Source: Candidatus Methanomethylophilaceae archaeon (GTDB taxonomy: Archaea > Thermoplasmatota > Thermoplasmata > Methanomassiliicoccales > Methanomethylophilaceae). Taken from it: a DNA stretch of 64,000 nucleotides. The stretch is from the NCBI GenBank assembly GCA_050944155.1, contig JBMNQN010000002.1:32001-96000 (forward strand), in the 5' to 3' direction. Position 1 is the first letter of the stretch. The number at the start of each line of letters is the position of its first letter. Below are positions 54,996 to 64,000 of this stretch, piece by piece. The notes below the pieces were generated by a model, which was given only the letters and a program-made list of their open reading frames with translations, did no database searches and was not told where the DNA came from. The translations under genes and the position numbers were made by a program.

Positions 54996-55739
54996 ATGGT
55001 AACGTCCGAGGAATTTCTTTCCGGGCATCTGCCCGACGCAAACATAGGGATCGGCCGCGGTTCAGACAACGGCACGGTCGAAAAAAGCGTAGAATATTTC
55101 GGCCGCGACAATATCGCAATATACGACAATCCGGAAAAACTGGTATCCGATTTGATTTCCGGCAGAATAGATGCGGCGGTCAGAGGAGACATGTCCTCTT
55201 CGGTTCTCCTGCCCATAATAAAAAAGACAACGGGCCTGAAAGTTCTGGAAAGAGTCGTTCTCATGGAACCGCCGGGAGGCAAACTTTTCCTTATGGCTCC
55301 GGTGGGGATAGACGAGGGATGGACTGTAGCCCAGAGGGAGGCTCTTGCGGTACGGGCCGTCGCCCTTGCCGAAAGGATAGGTCTCGGAAAAAAGATAGCA
55401 GTGATGTCCGGCGGCAGATGCGAAGATTACGGAAGGTGCAAAACGGTAAACAAAAGCATAGACGACGCTCTCCTTCTGGTGAAAAAACTGAAGGATAAGG
55501 GATACGACGCGTACCACTCCCAGATTCTTATCGAAAATGCCGTAAGGGAGGCGGACATACTGATAGCGCCCGAAGGAATTTCCGGCAACCTGCTTTTCAG
55601 GTCCATGCATCTGGTGGGCAACACCGCGGCGCTGGGTGCCCCCATCGTGAACATGGACAAGGTGTTCGTAGATACATCGAGAGCGAAGAAAGATTACTGC
55701 GATTCCATAGCGCTGGCACTCAGACTCACGGAGAAATGA
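54996..55739 (+). CDS. mtxX: Methanogenesis marker MtxX-like protein
   Basis: IDAAVRG, APVGIDEG, SGGR.ED.GR, ILIE.A, GISGNL, VDTSR. Confidence 0.85.
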   Translation: MVTSEEFLSGHLPDANIGIGRGSDNGTVEKSVEYFGRDNIAIYDNPEKLVSDLISGRIDAAVRGDMSSSVLLPIIKKTTGLKVLERVVLMEPPGGKLFLMAPVGIDEGWTVAQREALAVRAVALAERIGLGKKIAVMSGGRCEDYGRCKTVNKSIDDALLLVKKLKDKGYDAYHSQILIENAVREADILIAPEGISGNLLFRSMHLVGNTAALGAPIVNMDKVFVDTSRAKKDYCDSIALALRLTEK

Positions 55740-56218
55740 TTATGATATTGGAAATTGACGGAGGGTATTCGGGAATAAGATTCTCGGCGTGCCACTTCAT
55801 ACCCAGACACGAAAAATGTTCCAGGCTTCACGGACACTCGTACATAATACGCCTGAGACTGGAAGGAGACGCGGGAGAAGACGGAATGCTCATGGATTTC
55901 GTGGTTCTCAAAAAGGAACTGAGGGCATTGGCATCCATGTTCGACCACAGAACGATTCTTCCGTCCCGGTCTTCGGACGTGGGCCTGAACATCGACGGAG
56001 ATTCCGTGGAAGCCACGGCCTGCGGAAAGCGCTACGTGTTCCCTCTGGAAGACACGATAATACTGGAACTTCCCAACACGACGGCGGAGGAAATGGCGAA
56101 ACTCATGGTTTCCATCTTCCTCAAAGACGTGAAATTACCGGAGAACGTACGTTCGATATCGATAGGCCTCGACGAAGAAAGAGGTCAGACGGCGTGGTAC
56201 ACCGAGGTGCTGAGATGA
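55736..56218 (+). CDS. queD: 6-carboxytetrahydropterin synthase
   Basis: FSACH, KCSRLHGHSY, DF, DH, TTAE. Confidence 0.92.
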   Translation: MIMILEIDGGYSGIRFSACHFIPRHEKCSRLHGHSYIIRLRLEGDAGEDGMLMDFVVLKKELRALASMFDHRTILPSRSSDVGLNIDGDSVEATACGKRYVFPLEDTIILELPNTTAEEMAKLMVSIFLKDVKLPENVRSISIGLDEERGQTAWYTEVLR

Positions 56219-56892
56219 CCAAGGCGGTTGTCCTTCTGTCCGGAGGTCTGGATTCGACCGTTACGCTGGCACAGGCAATCGACGACGGAAACGAAGTCTA
56301 TGCCCTGAGTTTCCGTTACGGTCAGAGACACGGAAGGGAACTTATGGCCGCCGCAGACGTATGCAGGCATTACGGAGTCCCACATACGATTATCGATATC
56401 AATCTCTCTTCTTTCAGATCGGCTCTCACTAATCCGGACATAGACGTGCCGGAAAACAGACCCGAAATCTCCGAAAAAGAAATTCCCATAACATATGTTC
56501 CGGCAAGAAACACAATCTTCCTGAGCGTGGCGGCGGGTCTGTGCGAATCCATCGGCGCGGATCTGATTTACATAGGAGCGAACATCATCGATTATTCCGG
56601 ATATCCCGACTGCCGCCCGGACTTTTTCTCCGCTTTCGAAGAGATGCTCCGCAGAGGAACCAAAGCGGGCGTCGAAGGCAACCCCATCAGAATAATGACT
56701 CCGATTCTGAAGAAGTCCAAAGCGGACATAGTCCGTCTCGGCAAGAAACTCAACGCACCGCTGGCACTTACGTGGTCGTGCTACGAAGGCAAAGAGAAAG
56801 CCTGCGGAAAATGCGACTCCTGCATACTCAGACTCAGGGGATTCCGCGAAGCGGGATACAAAGACGAAATCGAATACGAGATACCGATATGA
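56215..56892 (+). CDS. queC: 7-cyano-7-deazaguanine synthase
   Basis: SGGLDS, YGQRH, YVPARN, YPDCR, TWSCY, CGKCDSC. Confidence 0.96.
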   Translation: MTKAVVLLSGGLDSTVTLAQAIDDGNEVYALSFRYGQRHGRELMAAADVCRHYGVPHTIIDINLSSFRSALTNPDIDVPENRPEISEKEIPITYVPARNTIFLSVAAGLCESIGADLIYIGANIIDYSGYPDCRPDFFSAFEEMLRRGTKAGVEGNPIRIMTPILKKSKADIVRLGKKLNAPLALTWSCYEGKEKACGKCDSCILRLRGFREAGYKDEIEYEIPI

Positions 56893-57512
56893 AGATATGC
56901 GAAACGTTCCTGTCGCTCCAGGGCGAAGGACTTACCATGGGTGTTCCCACATTTTTCATCAGGACAGTCGGGTGCAATCTGAATTGTTCCTGGTGTGATA
57001 CCAAGTATGCGTTCGACGGCGGAAAAGAGATCGGAATCGACGAACTGATCGACTCGGTTCCCTGGGCCCCGTGCGTTTGCGTAACCGGGGGAGAACCCAT
57101 GCTCCAGCCGGACATTTACGAATTGCTGGGTCTTTTGATTTCCATGGGAAAAACGACGGTATTGGAGACCAACGGTTCCGTGGATCTGTCGGAACTTCCC
57201 GACAGTCCGAATCTCATGATAAGCATGGACATCAAATGCCCCTCGTCCGGAATGGAAGACAGGATGATGTTTTCCAACATATCCCTGCTGGGAAAAAAAG
57301 ACCAGCTCAAATTCGTCGTCGGAGACATCGGCGACGTGGATTACGCCGAAAAGATAATCGAAAAATACGGCGCGGACACGAACATTATTTTCTCGCCGGT
57401 GGGCGGTATGGATCTCGAACCTTTGGCGGAAGAGGTTCTGAAGAGAAAACTGAACGTGCGCGTTCTGCCGCAGCTGCACAAAATAATATGGGGCGACAGA
57501 CGGTCAGTCTGA
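56889..57512 (+). CDS. queE: 7-carboxy-7-deazaguanine synthase
   Basis: SLQGEG, CNLNCSWCDT, TGGEP, ETNG, QLHK. Confidence 0.95.
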   Translation: MKICETFLSLQGEGLTMGVPTFFIRTVGCNLNCSWCDTKYAFDGGKEIGIDELIDSVPWAPCVCVTGGEPMLQPDIYELLGLLISMGKTTVLETNGSVDLSELPDSPNLMISMDIKCPSSGMEDRMMFSNISLLGKKDQLKFVVGDIGDVDYAEKIIEKYGADTNIIFSPVGGMDLEPLAEEVLKRKLNVRVLPQLHKIIWGDRRSV

Positions 57513-57860
57513 ATTACCCAGCGCTTCGAATTTCTTTCTGCGTTCGTACCGTCTTTTGAAATCCGTGACGCTTTCTTCCACGGTACCCTCTTCGTCCGAA
57601 GAAACGGTTATTCCAGCATTCGTCAGTTTATCGTATCCGTGGGGGCCGATTCCGCCCGTTATCACGGCGTCGACGCCGAGACCGATGATGGAATCGGCAA
57701 CCAGCATTCCGGCTCCGGACGCTGCGTTCACGTGTTCGTTTTCGACAACAGTGTAGTCCAGAGTATCCATGTCCACGATGAGGAAAAACGGCGCGTGCCC
57801 GAAATCATCCGCAACGAAAGAATCCAGGGTGTCGCCCTCGGCCAGAACTCCGATTTTCAT
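57504..57860 (-). CDS. NifB/NifX family cluster-binding protein
   Basis: FGHAPFF, VEN, GAG, GVDAVITG.IGP. Confidence 0.88.
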   Translation of the reverse strand: MKIGVLAEGDTLDSFVADDFGHAPFFLIVDMDTLDYTVVENEHVNAASGAGMLVADSIIGLGVDAVITGGIGPHGYDKLTNAGITVSSDEEGTVEESVTDFKRRYERRKKFEALGNSD

Positions 57861-58687
57861 TCCGCTTCGACCGTCGCCACTATTTTCTTTATAATCGACA
57901 TGAACGCTTTGGCGGAAGCGGATTCGGGGTTGCTCAGAACCGTCGGCATTCCTCCGTCGCCGTCGGTGACTACGGCGGCTTCGATGGGAACTTTTCCGAG
58001 GAACTGGATATCGAATTCTTTGGCAACATTTTCTCCTCCGCCGGATTTGAAAATGTCCGTGACTTCGCCGCAGTGAGGGCAGACGAATCCGCTCATGTTC
58101 TCGATGATTCCGATGATCGGAATTTTGGCTTCCGCAGCGAACGTGATGCTCTTGCGGCTGTCGAGCAGCGCAACGTCCTGTGGCGTCGTGACTATGACGG
58201 CGCCGTCGGGCTTGGGAATGAGATTCATAACGGACAGGGCTTCGTCGCCGGTTCCCGGAGGCATGTCGATCACGAGATAATCCAGATCTCCCCAGTTGAC
58301 GTCCTCTATGAACTGTTTTATCGCCGTGTTTTTGACGGGGCCCCTCCAGAGTATCGGGGTGTCCTTCGTGGGCAGAAGGAACGCCATGGACATGATTTTC
58401 AGGGACGGGGGGAAAAGAATCGGAACGAGCTTTCTTTCGTCGTCGACGAGAAGCTGTTCGTCCTCCACTCCGAACATTTTCGGAATGTTGGGCCCGGTTA
58501 TGTCCACGTCCATTATTCCGGTCTGATATCCCATGGAAGAGAGCGCGGCGCCGAGGTTGGACGAAACCGTGCTCTTTCCCACTCCGCCTTTTCCGCTGAG
58601 GACTATAATCGTGTGTTTTATCCTGCCGAGGCTTTCCTTGAGTCTGGTTTCTTCTTCTATTTTATCGGCGCTTATTACTTCTGCCAT
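57857..58687 (-). CDS. Mrp/NBP35 Fe-S carrier ATPase
   Basis: GKGGVGKS, WRGP, DMPPGTGD, ENMS..CPHC. Confidence 0.95.
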   Translation of the reverse strand: MAEVISADKIEEETRLKESLGRIKHTIIVLSGKGGVGKSTVSSNLGAALSSMGYQTGIMDVDITGPNIPKMFGVEDEQLLVDDERKLVPILFPPSLKIMSMAFLLPTKDTPILWRGPVKNTAIKQFIEDVNWGDLDYLVIDMPPGTGDEALSVMNLIPKPDGAVIVTTPQDVALLDSRKSITFAAEAKIPIIGIIENMSGFVCPHCGEVTDIFKSGGGENVAKEFDIQFLGKVPIEAAVVTDGDGGMPTVLSNPESASAKAFMSIIKKIVATVEAE

Positions 58688-58868
58688 GATTATCGGTCCC
58701 GAAACTTGGTGTTAAGATAAAAAGTGTGTGCTTTGCAGACGGGCGATTCGGCAGCTGTATCTATTCGTATCGAAAAGGAAATGTCCGTTCCGTCGCGTAT
58801 CTACGAAGTGCGCCTCCTCGCCGGAGCGTTCAGAAATTGCTATATCCCCGTCCGCCCATAGCGCCGTC

Positions 58869-59273
58869 ATGCCGCTCGGAGATCCCGGAGGAGGAAATTT
58901 CGAATACACCGAGGAAGGACTTCCTCAGAACATAATCGCGGTGAGGATACCCACCTCCGATCTTGACGAGAGTACAGCGTTTTACACCGAACTTCTGGGC
59001 ATGGAAGCCGTGGGCAGAAAAGAGTCCTATGCGGTACTCAGAAGGGAAGATGCGGTGATTCTTCTTTACCTTTCGCCCAACACAGGAGTGGACACGGGAT
59101 TCTACATGGGGGTGGACGACCCTTACGCTCTTCACAGACGTCTTATCGACGAGGGAGTTATTTTCATGACGGACCCCGAAATGGGACCCATCGGAGTTTA
59201 CACCTCGTTCAGGGACACCGACGGAAACATAATCCGCGTTGTCGACAAGTATGCTGTGGATTCGTTTTCCTGA
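58869..59273 (+). CDS. VOC/glyoxalase family protein
   Basis: SDLDESTAFYTELLG...FRDTDGN. Confidence 0.8.
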   Translation: MPLGDPGGGNFEYTEEGLPQNIIAVRIPTSDLDESTAFYTELLGMEAVGRKESYAVLRREDAVILLYLSPNTGVDTGFYMGVDDPYALHRRLIDEGVIFMTDPEMGPIGVYTSFRDTDGNIIRVVDKYAVDSFS

Positions 59274-60494
59274 TCAGTCTCCGAGATTTGCCAGTTCCGT
59301 GGCTTCCCTGATTCTCTTTTCCAGCTGGGGCGGAAGTCCCGCGATGCCTCCGGAAAGGAATCCTCTGACAATCATGCTCACCGCCTGTTCTTCCGACAGA
59401 CCTCTCGACATAAGGTACTCGATCTGTTCTCTGGCTATTTTGCCGACGGCGGCTTCGTGGGTCATTTCCAGATCCGCTTCGTTGGCTTCCAGTTCGGGGA
59501 TGGCGATGGTGCTTCCGCCTTCTTTGAGGATTATGCTCTTGCATTCCAGGTGGGCTTTGACGCCGGGGGCGTTTCCGACCAGACGTCCGCGGGCGGTCAT
59601 TTTTCCTCCAACGGCTATGCTTCTGCTGATGATTTCGGCGGAAGTTCCCCTGCTGTTCATGATGGCAACCGAACCGTTGTCTATGTCGGAGCCTTCGTGC
59701 GCTATGCACATGGAATTGAATTTGGCGGTCGAGCCCTCTCCGTTAAGATTTACGATGGGGTTGGACTGCAACGTTCCCACCTTCTCGAGAATGACGTAGT
59801 TGTTGGAATAATGGGAATTCTTGCCGACGACTATTCCGGTTCTGGGTCTTACCGCGGTTTCCTCTCCCCAGTTGTGAATCATGGAGAAATCCATCGATGC
59901 GTTGTCTCCGAGGAAAGATTCCGTGACGCCTATGTGTACGGCTTCGTCCGCACCGGGTCCGGTGGCACATCCCGTAATGAAGTTCGCGGACGCGCCGTCT
60001 TCGACCACTACTATGTTGTGCACGTGCTGAATCGATTTGTCGGATTTCAGGAGCATGCACGCCTGAATAGGAGCTTCGATTTTGTATCCGGCTTTGACTC
60101 TTATGAAGTAGCCGTCAGATTTTTCCAGGTACGTCAGTGCCGTGAATTTATCTTTTTCCGGAGCAACCGCCGTCCACATAAGGTCCTTGACCCAGTCGTA
60201 TTTTTTGACCGCCTGTTTGGTCGTCAGTATCTCGACTCCGTCGGGCAGTTTGTTGGAGCAGTGGCTCATACTGTTGTCTATGAACATGACGGTTCCGGAA
60301 CGGAGCGACTCGTCCGGCGAAATTCCAACGCTGGTCATGGTTTCTTTGAACTCGTTCTGGGAACCTTCCAAATCGTCTATGACGGGTGAATCTCTGCATA
60401 CGGGATTGTATTTTTCCAAATCCACGTCTCTGCCGTATGCGGCTTTTTTGTCCAGAGCCTCTCTTACAGCTTTGTCACTATTACGTTCTGACAT
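59274..60494 (-). CDS. sufB: Fe-S scaffold SufB/SmsB
   Basis: Beta-helix; HLECKS, IPELE, MTHEAAVGKI, YLMSRG. Confidence 0.93.
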   Translation of the reverse strand: MSERNSDKAVREALDKKAAYGRDVDLEKYNPVCRDSPVIDDLEGSQNEFKETMTSVGISPDESLRSGTVMFIDNSMSHCSNKLPDGVEILTTKQAVKKYDWVKDLMWTAVAPEKDKFTALTYLEKSDGYFIRVKAGYKIEAPIQACMLLKSDKSIQHVHNIVVVEDGASANFITGCATGPGADEAVHIGVTESFLGDNASMDFSMIHNWGEETAVRPRTGIVVGKNSHYSNNYVILEKVGTLQSNPIVNLNGEGSTAKFNSMCIAHEGSDIDNGSVAIMNSRGTSAEIISRSIAVGGKMTARGRLVGNAPGVKAHLECKSIILKEGGSTIAIPELEANEADLEMTHEAAVGKIAREQIEYLMSRGLSEEQAVSMIVRGFLSGGIAGLPPQLEKRIREATELANLGD

Positions 60495-61222
60495 GTTTCG
60501 CAGTCTCCGTATCCGTTCTTTCTGATCATTGCAAGCAGTTCGGTGGGTCTTCCCGAACACCTTATGCGCCCTTTGTCCATGACGTAGGCTTTATCGGCTC
60601 CGATATAGTCGAGAACCTGTCCCGTGTGAGTAATTACCAAAGCGGAAATATTCTTCATCCCGTCAGATCCGCATTCGGCCCGATCGTAAAGCAGATCGTG
60701 GATTTTGTTTCCTATGAGATCGATGCTCTGCAAGTCCACGCCGGATTCCGGTTCGTCCAGCATAACAAAGTCGGGGCGCTGGGCGGTAAGCTGGAAAAGT
60801 TCCGATCTTTTTATCTCCCCTCCGGAGAAACCGACGTTCACGTCTCTCTCCAAAAAGGGTTCCATTTTGAATTCGTCGGCTCTTGCCATCACGTCTCCTG
60901 CGCATTCCTTGTCGGCCGAAGTTTTCACCAGTTCTCCGAGTTTCACTCCGGTGATGTTGGGGGGCCTCTGCATCATCATTCCGATACCGCGTTTGGCACG
61001 TTCGTCCACGGGCAGGTCCGTTATGTCCTCTCCCTTGAAAATTATGCTGCCTTTGGTAATTTTGCAGGTGCTGTAACCCATAATGGCGGAGAGCAGCGTG
61101 GATTTTCCCGAACCGTTGGGGCCGAAAAGAATGCAAATCTCCCCGTCTTCTATTTTCAGGTTCACGCCCTTCAGGATTTCCCTGTCTCCGGCGGTTGCGT
61201 GAAGATCTATGATTTCGAGCAT
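60464..61222 (-). CDS. sufC: Fe-S assembly ATPase SufC/SmsC
   Basis: GPNGSGKST, FSGGEIKR, LDEPESGVD, ITH, C-terminal CETC. Confidence 0.93.
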   Translation of the reverse strand: MLEIIDLHATAGDREILKGVNLKIEDGEICILFGPNGSGKSTLLSAIMGYSTCKITKGSIIFKGEDITDLPVDERAKRGIGMMMQRPPNITGVKLGELVKTSADKECAGDVMARADEFKMEPFLERDVNVGFSGGEIKRSELFQLTAQRPDFVMLDEPESGVDLQSIDLIGNKIHDLLYDRAECGSDGMKNISALVITHTGQVLDYIGADKAYVMDKGRIRCSGRPTELLAMIRKNGYGDCETCQNVIVTKL

Positions 61223-61388
61223 TATCTCACTTAAACGGCGATGTTAATCTATCGTTAAATACTTGTCTCCGAGGGTCCGGAACGGGTATGTTTCCGTTCC
61301 TCTGGGTTTCTTGTTCTCCGGACGGAGACGTACATTTTCGAAGCGGTTATGACAAAAGATTATAGCGCTTCAAACAATCATCCGGAAC

Positions 61389-61964
61389 ATGAAAGTCATC
61401 GCGCTCAACGGCAGCCCCCGTCTTCTGGGAAACACGTCCGGTATACTCATGGATATGCTGGACAGATTTTCCAAAGAAGGCTTGGAGACCGAGCACATTC
61501 AGCTTTATTCTTACAATTTCATCCCGTGCAACGACTGCAGGTCCTGCGAGATCAGAGGGGACGGACGCTGCATAATCGAGGACGACGGACTGAACGAACT
61601 GGTGGAAAAACTGAGATGCGCGGACGGGATAGTTTTCGCAAGCCCGGCTTACTACGGAGGAGTGACGGGACAGATGAAGATATTCATGGAACGCGCGGGA
61701 CTTTCCTTGGAGATGGGGGATCTGGGTCTTAAACACAAAGTCGGCGGTGCAATAGCGGTTGCCGCTCACGACGGCGCCTCCGCGGCCTATTCCCAAATGG
61801 TCAATTTCATGCTCCGCAATCAGATGATCGTGTGCGGTTCCGCCCCCCAGACGGTTTTCAGGGCGCTGAATTCCCCTCAGTTCGAAAACGATACCGCTGC
61901 AGTAAAGGCGGTATCCGTCCTGGCCGACGAAATGATGTATGCCATGGAACGTCTTTCGGAGTAA
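61389..61964 (+). CDS. Iron-sulfur flavoprotein (Isf-like, flavodoxin fold)
   Basis: GSPR..GNT, CNDCRSC......C, SPAYYG. Confidence 0.88.
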   Translation: MKVIALNGSPRLLGNTSGILMDMLDRFSKEGLETEHIQLYSYNFIPCNDCRSCEIRGDGRCIIEDDGLNELVEKLRCADGIVFASPAYYGGVTGQMKIFMERAGLSLEMGDLGLKHKVGGAIAVAAHDGASAAYSQMVNFMLRNQMIVCGSAPQTVFRALNSPQFENDTAAVKAVSVLADEMMYAMERLSE

Positions 61965-62687
61965 TCAGAAGAAGAAAAAGCCGCACCCTTCGCTTTTAGA
62001 GATTTCCGCGACGCATTCCATGCGGTCGAGAGTTCCGCTGTACCAGTTGACCTTCTGTTTTCCTTCCTTGGGAAGAGCTTCTCTCAGAATCGCTATTTCC
62101 TTCAGCAGGGATTCCGCGTCTTCGGGAGTAAGTTCTTTTTTTGAGGCTGCCATTTCCGGAACAGAAGCCACGATGGGGCATCCGTATTTGTCCGCGATTC
62201 CGGGAAGCTGGCTCTTATCGGGGCCGAAGGTTCCTATGCATCCTCTTCCCTTATCCCAGGAAAGTGCGCATTCGGCGCATATTTCGGCCATTTCGTCAAA
62301 CGTAACCAATTCCCATTCCGTGGTGCGGTTTTCGGGTCTGGATTCGGCCAGAGCCTTTTCCGCATCGTCGGAATCAAGAAGACCCAGTTCCACCCATCCG
62401 GTATAACTGGATTCGGCCAGGGGTTTCAGTTTCGCGATGTCGTTTTCGTCGGTCAGCAGTTCGGTGTGTACGGTTTCTGTATCTTTACCGAGTCTGTTTC
62501 TTTTAAGGAAGGATCCCCAGTCGTCCACAACTTTTTCCGCGGATTCTTTTGACACGGTGTGCTGTATTTCCGCAGCTTCCCCGTATTTTTCCGGATTATC
62601 GGTAAGCACCCTCACGATTTTCAGTTTCTTTTCTCTGCAGAGTGCGTTTCTGCATTCGGTTTCCCTGATTGCGATATTGATTCCCAT
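61965..62687 (-). CDS. Cys-containing hypothetical protein
   Basis: ~240-aa ORF in a same-strand run; CxxC and further Cys. Confidence 0.75.
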   Translation of the reverse strand: MGINIAIRETECRNALCREKKLKIVRVLTDNPEKYGEAAEIQHTVSKESAEKVVDDWGSFLKRNRLGKDTETVHTELLTDENDIAKLKPLAESSYTGWVELGLLDSDDAEKALAESRPENRTTEWELVTFDEMAEICAECALSWDKGRGCIGTFGPDKSQLPGIADKYGCPIVASVPEMAASKKELTPEDAESLLKEIAILREALPKEGKQKVNWYSGTLDRMECVAEISKSEGCGFFFF

Positions 62688-62698
62688 TGTTTTTTCTC

Positions 62699-63235
62699 TC
62701 ACCCGTCAAGAGACTCGAGGTATTTTTCTCTGTTGCTCTTGTAAGTGACGGGGACGAGCATCATTTTCAGGGCTATCAGTACGGCGAGAATGTAGAATAT
62801 TCCAATCATGTCTATGGAAACGGTTACCGAATCCACGGACAGATCTCCTCCGCTTCCGAAACCGGATGTGTCCATGCTTACGGGGACCACGCCCGTCCGG
62901 AATATGAGCAGCATCCAAATCAGCGAGTAAGCCAGAGCCACGAAGCTTGCGGCGGCTCTGGCTTTGTTGCCTTTTGCGTAAAAAGCGGTGAAGAACGAGA
63001 TTATGATGACGGGTATGCCGTAAATCATGTATCTTTCCACGGTTTCCTTCAGCGTTTCGATGGTGGGAGCCATTTCGTCCCCCATGCCCATGGTATCCAG
63101 CATGTTTCCCATTATGTACAGCACAATCAGAGGCACGACCACGATGGAAACGAAGCTCATGAACGAAGACGTGGCACCCCTCAGGAACGAACCGTGTCCC
63201 GCATCCTGTCCGAACGTTGTGTTTTCGGTCATCAC
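62699..63235 (-). CDS. Hypothetical four-TM membrane protein
   Basis: Four hydrophobic segments; overlaps the upstream gene. Confidence 0.75.
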   Translation of the reverse strand: MMTENTTFGQDAGHGSFLRGATSSFMSFVSIVVVPLIVLYIMGNMLDTMGMGDEMAPTIETLKETVERYMIYGIPVIIISFFTAFYAKGNKARAAASFVALAYSLIWMLLIFRTGVVPVSMDTSGFGSGGDLSVDSVTVSIDMIGIFYILAVLIALKMMLVPVTYKSNREKYLESLDG

Positions 63236-64000
63236 GGCACCTCCGGTTTGTAAGTTTCCATAATATTCGAGACGGCTTCTATCATAAGGTCCATCTCTTC
63301 CTGGGTAAGAATTACGGTTTCTTCTCCCTCGCCGATATCGTAAGTTATGGTGTAATCTCCGCCTTCATAATATTCGTTCAGAGCGTCGATTATTTTGTCC
63401 GTTCCGCCGTCAACCACTGCGGAGAATCCTGATCCGGTGTTTTCCACACTGATGCTGACTCCGCCTATTTTGGCATTGACGTCGGTTCCGACGGGAATCA
63501 TGGCAACCACCGGTCCGGCCGCTTCTATCTTATTTTCGGTGACGCTTATGGTTGGGGCTCCCGACGGGGCGTAAGAGGCGGCCACGGTTATGTCGGCGCC
63601 GGCTATTCCCTTCATGTATTTCCCGGCCACGTTGATGTCCATGTTGATTTTCATGGTGTCCTTTTCGCCTGCCAGCATGATCATGGCGTTGTTCAGGTAA
63701 TTGATTTCTATATCGATTCCCGCGGAGCGGGTCTCTTCGGGTTCGACGGTGAACACGGGAGTTTCCGCAATGAGATACTTTATCGTCCCGTCCTTGGAGA
63801 CCTGGTTTACGCTGACGGAAATATCCTGAAGACTGTAGCGCAGATAGTTGGTCAGCGTGACTTCCGTGTACATTTTCATTCTGACGCCGGCTTTTTCCAC
63901 GAGAACCATGCTCTGTTTCAGAACCTCTCCGGCGGAATCCTTCAGAACGGCGGTTTTCCCCATATGTTCCGTCTGCAGTTCAGTCACCGCGGCGGAAACG
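63232..64000 (-). CDS. Hypothetical beta-rich protein (5' part off window)
   Basis: Frame stays open to the window edge (..VSAAVTELQ..). Confidence 0.7.
   Translation of the reverse strand, partial: VSAAVTELQTEHMGKTAVLKDSAGEVLKQSMVLVEKAGVRMKMYTEVTLTNYLRYSLQDISVSVNQVSKDGTIKYLIAETPVFTVEPEETRSAGIDIEINYLNNAMIMLAGEKDTMKINMDINVAGKYMKGIAGADITVAASYAPSGAPTISVTENKIEAAGPVVAMIPVGTDVNAKIGGVSISVENTGSGFSAVVDGGTDKIIDALNEYYEGGDYTITYDIGEGEETVILTQEEMDLMIEAVSNIMETYKPEVP

Noticed and set aside
55736-57512. queDCE as a DNA deazapurine modification (dpd) defence island
   Set aside because: No dpdA/tgt-like or restriction genes are adjacent; the context fits housekeeping archaeosine precursor synthesis.

Overview
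Core-genome window from a Thermoplasmata methanogen, most likely order Methanomassiliicoccales. The assignment rests on archaeal 16S/23S sequences, unlinked rRNA genes, an mtxX-like gene, nifB and a BspA-type adhesin. RNA genes: a stand-alone 16S, a separately transcribed 23S about 19 kb downstream (no 5S), and four intron-less tRNAs (Ser-GCT, Gln-TTG, Ala-TGC, Leu-CAA). Protein genes include the str and S13-S4-S11-rpoD operons, PolD large subunit, a partial shikimate operon, a membrane-lipid cluster (tes, ferredoxin, geranylgeranyl reductase, mvk), queDCE, Fe-S assembly genes (sufCB/smsCB, mrp, nifX-like, isf), nifB, and bacterial-type AlaRS and SerRS. I saw no integrase, transposase, CRISPR array or intein. 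Most notable: (1) a tetraether synthase homolog lacking the CxxxCxxC-H ligand motif of the N-terminal auxiliary Fe-S cluster, followed directly by a free ferredoxin; (2) an identical 12-nt element at matching distance from the TATA boxes of the two unlinked rRNA genes; (3) no TAG among 59 stop codons, consistent with pyrrolysine recoding; (4) a ~1350-aa prepilin-like lamin-tail protein; (5) a structured leader on the rps13 operon. All calls come from motif recognition by eye; no database searches were run.
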